Source: Zygnema circumcarinatum SAG 698-1b (Eukaryota > Plantae > Zygnematophyceae). From it: 64,000 nucleotides of DNA. This document shows positions 57,684 to 64,000 of this stretch, piece after piece. Location of the stretch: the NCBI GenBank assembly GCA_037447605.1, contig CM074804.1:7603909-7667908 (forward strand), given 5' to 3'. A program made the translations under genes and the position numbers. The stretch's first letter is position 1. Every line of letters begins with the position of its first letter. The notes under the pieces are model-generated. The model searched no databases. It was not told the DNA's origin and saw only the letters and a program-made list of their open reading frames with translations.

Positions 57684-60600
57684 TTATACGTTTGGGCTGC
57701 CGGGGGGCCTCCCCAAGGCCTCGCCCCGCGGTCCGGGCTGTCATGTCTCCCTCCCCCCCTCACCGACCACCTGCTCTGTCTCACTCTCTCGCTCTCTCCC
57801 TTCTCCCCCCTCTCAATGGTTGCAACCATTGGCTGGCAACCCAGTAAACCATTGCCAATAAGTGCAACCATTGGCCTATTGATTCCCGCCCCTCCCAATC
57901 ATTGCCAAAGGTTGCAACCATTGCCTGGCTATTCAGCCAACCATTGCCAAAACTGCAACCATTGGACCATTGATTCCCCCCCCACCCAATCATTGCCAAT
58001 GGCTGCAACCATCGGCTAGCTTCCCAGCCAACCATTGCAAGTAACTTCAACCATTGGACAATTGATTCCCGCTCCACCCAACCATTGCCAATGATTGCAA
58101 CCATTGGCTGGCTAAGCAGCCAGCCATTGCCAATGGTTGCAACCATGGGCTGGCTGGAGAGCCAACCATTGCCAATGTCTGCAACCAATGGATCATTGAT
58201 TCCCGCCCCACCAAATCATTGCCAATGGTTGCAACTATTGGCTGGCTTCCCAGCAAACCATTGCAGGTAACTGCAACCATTGGACCAATGATTTCCGCTC
58301 CACCCAACCATTGCCAATGGTTACAAAAATTGGCTGGCTATTCAGCCAACCATTGCCAATAACAGCAACCATTGGACCATTGATTCCCGCCCCACCCAAT
58401 CATTGCCAATGGCTGCAACCATTGGCTGGCTTCACAGCCAACCATTGCAATCAACTTCAACCATTAGACTATTAATTCCCACTCCACCCAACCATTGCCA
58501 ATGGTTGCAAGCATTGGCTGGCTATCCAGCCAACCATTGCGAACAACAGCAACCATTGGACCATTGATTCCCGCCCCACCCAATCATTGCCAATGGTTGC
58601 GACCATTGGCTGGCTACCTTGCCAACCATTGCCAATAACTGCAACCATTCGACCATTGATTCCCGCCAAACCCAACCATTGGATCCTATGGTTGCAACCA
58701 TTGGCTAGCTATCCTGCCAACCATTGCCAATGACTGCAACCATTGGACCACTGATTCCCTCCCCACCCCACCATTGGATCCAATGGTTGGCTGGATCGGG
58801 AACCAACGGTTTGCAAATCGCGACCATTCCAATGGTTGATCCAACTCATGGTCCGTCCAGCACTTGGCCCGGAATGTGTTCGGCGACCCTTGGCGGACGT
58901 CCGCGATTGGGCGAGCGTCGGCAGGGCAGCTGTAAGTCCGGCCACGGGCAGATTGGAAATGGTTTCGGCTGCCATGTCCTCGAAGAAAACGTCCGCGATT
59001 GGGTGAGCGTCGGCCGGGCAGCTCAAGTTTGGCTCCGGGCGGCATTCAAATGGTTTATTCTGCCCTCCCAGGGAAATCAATCGTCCACGATTGGGCGAGC
59101 GGCGGCAGGGCAGCTGAAATTCTTTCTGGTCCTCCGTCGCCGAGATTCCGATCAAGGGCAGCCCCCCTACGGTGCGTCCCGTCACGTCGCGCGCACCGTA
59201 CAGCAGCATTCCCCCACGGATGTGGCGCCACCTGTCCGTCCTTACAATTTTATCCACAGGGGAGATGATGAAGCCGCAGGGCCCGCCATTTTGGGCCACA
59301 CCTCTCACTTCCGGGCAGCTCGCTGCCAAAAACGAGCTGCCCGGCCGACTCTCGCCCAATCGCGGACTCTTGCTTCACGTATAGGGCAGCCTGTTATACG
59401 TTTGGGCTGCCAGGGGGCCTCCCCAAGGCCTCGCCCCGCGGTCCGGGCTGTCATGTCTCCCTCCCTCACCGACCACCTGCTCTGTCTCGCTCTCTCGCTC
59501 TCTCCCTTCTCCCCCCCTCTCAATGATTGCAACCATTGGCTGGCAACCCAGTCAACCATTGCCAATAACTGCAACCATTGGCCTATTGATACCCGCCCCT
59601 CCCAAGCATTTCCAATGGTTGCAACCATTGGCTGGCTACTCAGCCAACCATTGCCAATGGTTGCTTCCATTGGCTGACTATTCAGCCAACCATTGCCAAT
59701 AACTGCCACCATTGGACCATTGATTCCCGCCCCTCCCAGTCATTGCCAATGGCTGCAACCATTGCCTGGCTTCCCAGCCAACCATTGCAATTAACTTCAA
59801 CCATTGGGCTATTAATTTCCGCTCCACCCAACCATTGCCAATGGTTGCAACCATTGGCTGGCAACCCAGTCAACCATTGCCAATAACTGCAACCATTGGC
59901 CTACTGATACCCGCCCCTCCCAATCATTTCCAATGGCTGCAACCATTGGCTGGCTTCCCAGCCAACCATTGCAATTCACTTCAACCATTGGACTATTAAT
60001 TCCCGCTCCACCCAACCATTGCCAATGGTTGCAACCATTGGCTGGCTAAGCGGCCAGCCATTGCCAATAACTGCAACCATTGGACCATTGATTCCCGCCC
60101 CACCCAATCATTGCCAATGGTTGCAACCATTGGCTGGCTATTCAGCCAACCATTGCCAGTAACTGCCACCATTGGACCATTGATTCCCGCCCCTCCCAAT
60201 CATTGCCAATGGCTGCAACCATTGGCTGGCTTCCCAGCAAACCATTGCAGGTAACTGCAACCATTGGACCATTGATTCCCGCTCCACCCAACCATTGCCA
60301 ATGGTTGCAATCATTGGCTGGCTATTCAGCCAACCATTGTGAATAACTGCAACCATTGGACCATTGATTCCCGCCCCACCCAATCATTGCCAATGGTTGC
60401 AACCATTGGCTGGCTACCCTGCCAACCATTGCCAATAAATGCAACCATTCGACCATTGATTCCCGCCACACCCAACCATTGGATCCGATGGTTGCAACCA
60501 TTGGCTAGCTATCCTGCCAGCCATTGCCAATGACTGCAACCATTGGACCATTGATTCCCTCCCCACCCCACCATTGGATCCAATGGTTGGCTGGATCGGG

Positions 60601-60744
60601 AACCAACGGTTTGCAAATCGCGACCATTCCAATGGTTGATCCAACTCATGGTCCGTCCAGCCCTTGGCCCGGAATGTGTTCGCCGACCCTTCGCGGACGT
60701 CCGCGATTGGGCGAGCGTCGGCCGGGCAGCTGAAGTCCGGCCAC
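57684..60744. repeat. Two further units of the composite repeat, with the CCAAT-rich 92-bp monomer expanded to 10 and 11 copies
   Basis: Same orientation and blocks as 1-2032 (TTATACGTTTGGGCTGCC start, CCATTGGATCCAATGG, 35-bp motif). Monomer anchor GATTCCC at 57881, 57972, 58064, 58198, 58290, 58382, 58474, 58566, 58658, 58753 and 59588, 59722, 59814 ... 60553. Confidence 0.97.
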
Positions 60745-62010
60745 AGGCTTCAGCTGTCGCTGTCTTTATGTCGTTATCAGTTTAACGGGATAATGTAGAC
60801 CGTTCGCCGTAACACACAATCACCGTCACATGTGGCATGTCACGCGCAGTACGGCGGGGAGGGAAGCTTCCAAGATTTCTATTCTTACCGTACGGAAGCC
60901 TTGTCCGAAAGTAGGTTCAAAAAACGACAAATCGAAGGCCCGCCCGCGTGAAGCTCGGGCGCAGTACCACGTGGAGTCGGTGACTGCGGGTAGCCGCGGC
61001 CTGACGCCACGTGGAGGTAGGTATTACGTTGCGCCTACCGGCCGGACCGACCAACCGACAGGAGTACGGCTATGTTGTCCCGATCTGAACTCCAAGGACC
61101 AATCTAAGCCGTCCGCTCTGGTTATCTTACGGCGGAAGCACTCCCGTGTCCGCAGAAAAAAGCGCAATTCCCTCTGATTGGCTGCGCGACTTCGACCTCG
61201 ATCTTCGTGGCGCGCTAAGCGGCGGTCACGCCACGCGCCTAAGTTTGAGGACTACTGTACTTGATTGGCAGCCGGCTCGCACTTGCGAGTCATTCTGTGT
61301 GCGACGCGTGGCGAATGTGGTCCCACCGAGACCCAGTCTTCCACTTACGACCACCGTCGATGGCCGTCGGAGGATCCTTCAGCAGCGTCCGATCAGCCAT
61401 GAAGATACAGATACGTCATCCGTCCGCTCGCCGTAGAATCACCGTGTAGCCGTGATGCCACGTGGAGCCCTCGCTAGACCTCCCGCCCCCTCTGCCGAGG
61501 GACGCTTGTCGGGACCTGTGAAAAGATCTGTCTTACTACACGGACGGCCCAGATCGCCCATCGACCAAAATTTGTGGCCACTGGCGTTATTTCAGTCGTC
61601 CGATCTCTGACATTGCCGATCGGGCCTGCACGCGCGCCCCCACCGACCAGAAAGCGCCGCCGCGCAGAATGAAATTCCTGGGAAAAGGCCGCCGTTGTGT
61701 CGGTGCGCTCTGGCGCTTTCGAACGCACGCCGACACGTGCAGCGTTTGGCCTCGCCAAAAGCGCCGTCCACCGGTTGAACCGTCGTCTTGTCCAGACACG
61801 TGGCGTTCGGGAAGTGGTCTGGAGAACGACGGAACCGTTTTCTATACCGAGTCGTTCCCACTGAAATCTGGGATTTGGCACTCCATAAGGCGGCGGGGGG
61901 GGGGGGTCCTGTCATCGGCAGCTGCAAGAGCTGTGCTTTCAGAGTGAGGGTCCTCTCACCGGAAGCTGCAAAACTTTGCTTTCAGAGTAAGACTTCTGAG
62001 AGTGAGGAAC

Positions 62011-63025
62011 ATGGGGAAGAAGTTAACGAAAGGATCCATGGGGAATAAAAGGGTTCGAGAAGAGGAAGTCTCTGGAAGCAAGAAGGCACGACGCCTCAGC
62101 AGCACTAGCAGCTGCAGTGAGGAGAGGGGGAGGGAGACACCGGGAGATTTAGGAAAGAAAAGGGCTCGAGAAGAGGAGCTATATGGAAGCAAGAAGACAC
62201 AACGTCTCAACAGCAGCAGCAGCAGTAGCGAGAGGGTGGAGGACGAAGAAAGCGATGACGATTGTGTCATCCTCCCTGGAAACCCTACGGCGAAAAAGGA
62301 CACCGCGGAGAAAGTGGAAGCCGCGGAGGCGAAACAAGGAGAGGACGACGACGAGGAGGACGTCGTCATATTGGGAGAAAAAGGACCGGTAAGTGGGGCT
62401 TGGGTGGAGCTCTCGCTTCTTTACAGCATTTTAGACAAAGAGAGAGGGAGAGAGGGGGGTAGAGAGATCTAATCTTGCATGGGAGGGTGGAATCGGCAGG
62501 TGGCGTGCCGCGATTTCGCGCACGCTCGTCATGACTGCATAAAGTTTAAGTTTAAGGCGTCCATCATCTCTGACCACCATCAGCACTGCGAGAAGGTAGG
62601 GAATGTTCAAAAGTTGAAAAATGCTTGCTTTTTTTGTTTTTTTTGTTTTTTTGCTTTTTTTTTATATTATTTTTTTTTCATTTATTTTTTTTTTTTTTTT
62701 TTTTTTTTAATAAATACTTATGTCTGTATTGGGATGTTCTGCGCAGTGCTTCTGCTACGTGTGCGACTGTCGCGCACCGTGCTCGGAGTGGCGGATTCAC
62801 TGCCACGCTACCAACAAGGAGTTCCTTTGGAAGGCGCTTCGGACGGCTGCAAGGTATGCAAGGAATGGCGGCGTTGAGGAGGAAGAGGAGGAAGAGGAGG
62901 AAGAGGACGACTGGGAGGGGGTTCCTATCATTCCTATCAAGGACATTCCGGTAGCAAAGGAGAAACTGGAGGAAAAAATAGTTGTAAAGATAGAGAAGGG
63001 AGAAGAGAAAGCGGAAGGAGGTTGA
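62011..63025 (+). CDS. RIN13 (RPM1-interacting protein 13)-like Cys/His-rich nuclear protein, 3 exons; 3' end possibly frameshifted
   Basis: DVVILGEKGP|VACRDFAHARHDC..F.F...HCEK|CFCYVCDCRAPC.EW..HCHA matches the recalled RIN13 family block; acidic SIM-like motifs DDDCVIL and EDVVIL. Confidence 0.8.
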
Positions 63026-63269
63026 GGCGAGCGATGACGACGACTGCGTCATCCTCCCTTCAAATCCCTTCGACTCGGATGCCGCGGAGGAGAAAAAATG
63101 CTAAGAGGAGGACGACACCTCGAAGGAAACTGAAATAGACTTCAAAAAAAGGTCTGACCCGGTGGCTGACACCGTAAAAGACCTGAATGTAGTAAAAGAG
63201 GAGGCTAAGGAGTGTTGATTTTCGGTAGAGTGACAGCGCTTGGGACGAGGGGCTGGGACGCATTTAGGT

Positions 63270-63936
<667 letters not shown>

Positions 63937-64000
63937 GAGAGAAAGAGAGGGCGGGAGGGGAGGGAGGAGGGGCAGGGGCGAGGGCGAGGGGCGAGGGCAA

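Noticed and set aside
57684-60760. Calling the composite repeat a Helitron, MITE or LTR element
   Set aside because: No TC...CTRR ends, TG...CA ends, PBS or target-site duplication could be shown, so it is left as an unclassified repeat.

Overview
Eukaryotic nuclear DNA from a gene-dense land-plant genome with mostly short GT-AG introns. The orthologue set and density suggest a seed-free plant such as a hornwort, but this is inference and was not tested. Thirteen protein-coding genes can be reconstructed by hand: a cyanobacterial-style PAP/fibrillin, a >2000-codon single-exon disordered protein, CCT4, an ALE2/At4g02010-type receptor kinase, an F-box-like/RCC1 protein, a small plastid protein, a divergent V-ATPase G subunit, a FrnE-type DsbA, FBN7, RPB2, RPL31, a bacterial-type ureohydrolase and a RIN13-like protein. 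There is no tRNA, rRNA, CRISPR array or transposase. The most notable items are four. (i) A composite repeat family at 1-2032, 41.2-41.7 kb and 57.7-60.7 kb, built from two different ~92-bp sub-arrays with variable copy number and palindromic CCAAT-rich monomers. (ii) An intron-containing GpuA/agmatinase-like ureohydrolase that keeps all metal ligands but changes two conserved active-site residues (His to Asn, Glu to Cys). (iii) A fibrillin whose intronless mature domain looks cyanobacterial. (iv) Recurrent CGTAC clusters in intergenic DNA, plus a ~660-bp (TGAGGG)n telomere-variant array. Protein family assignments rest on recalled motifs, not on database searches.
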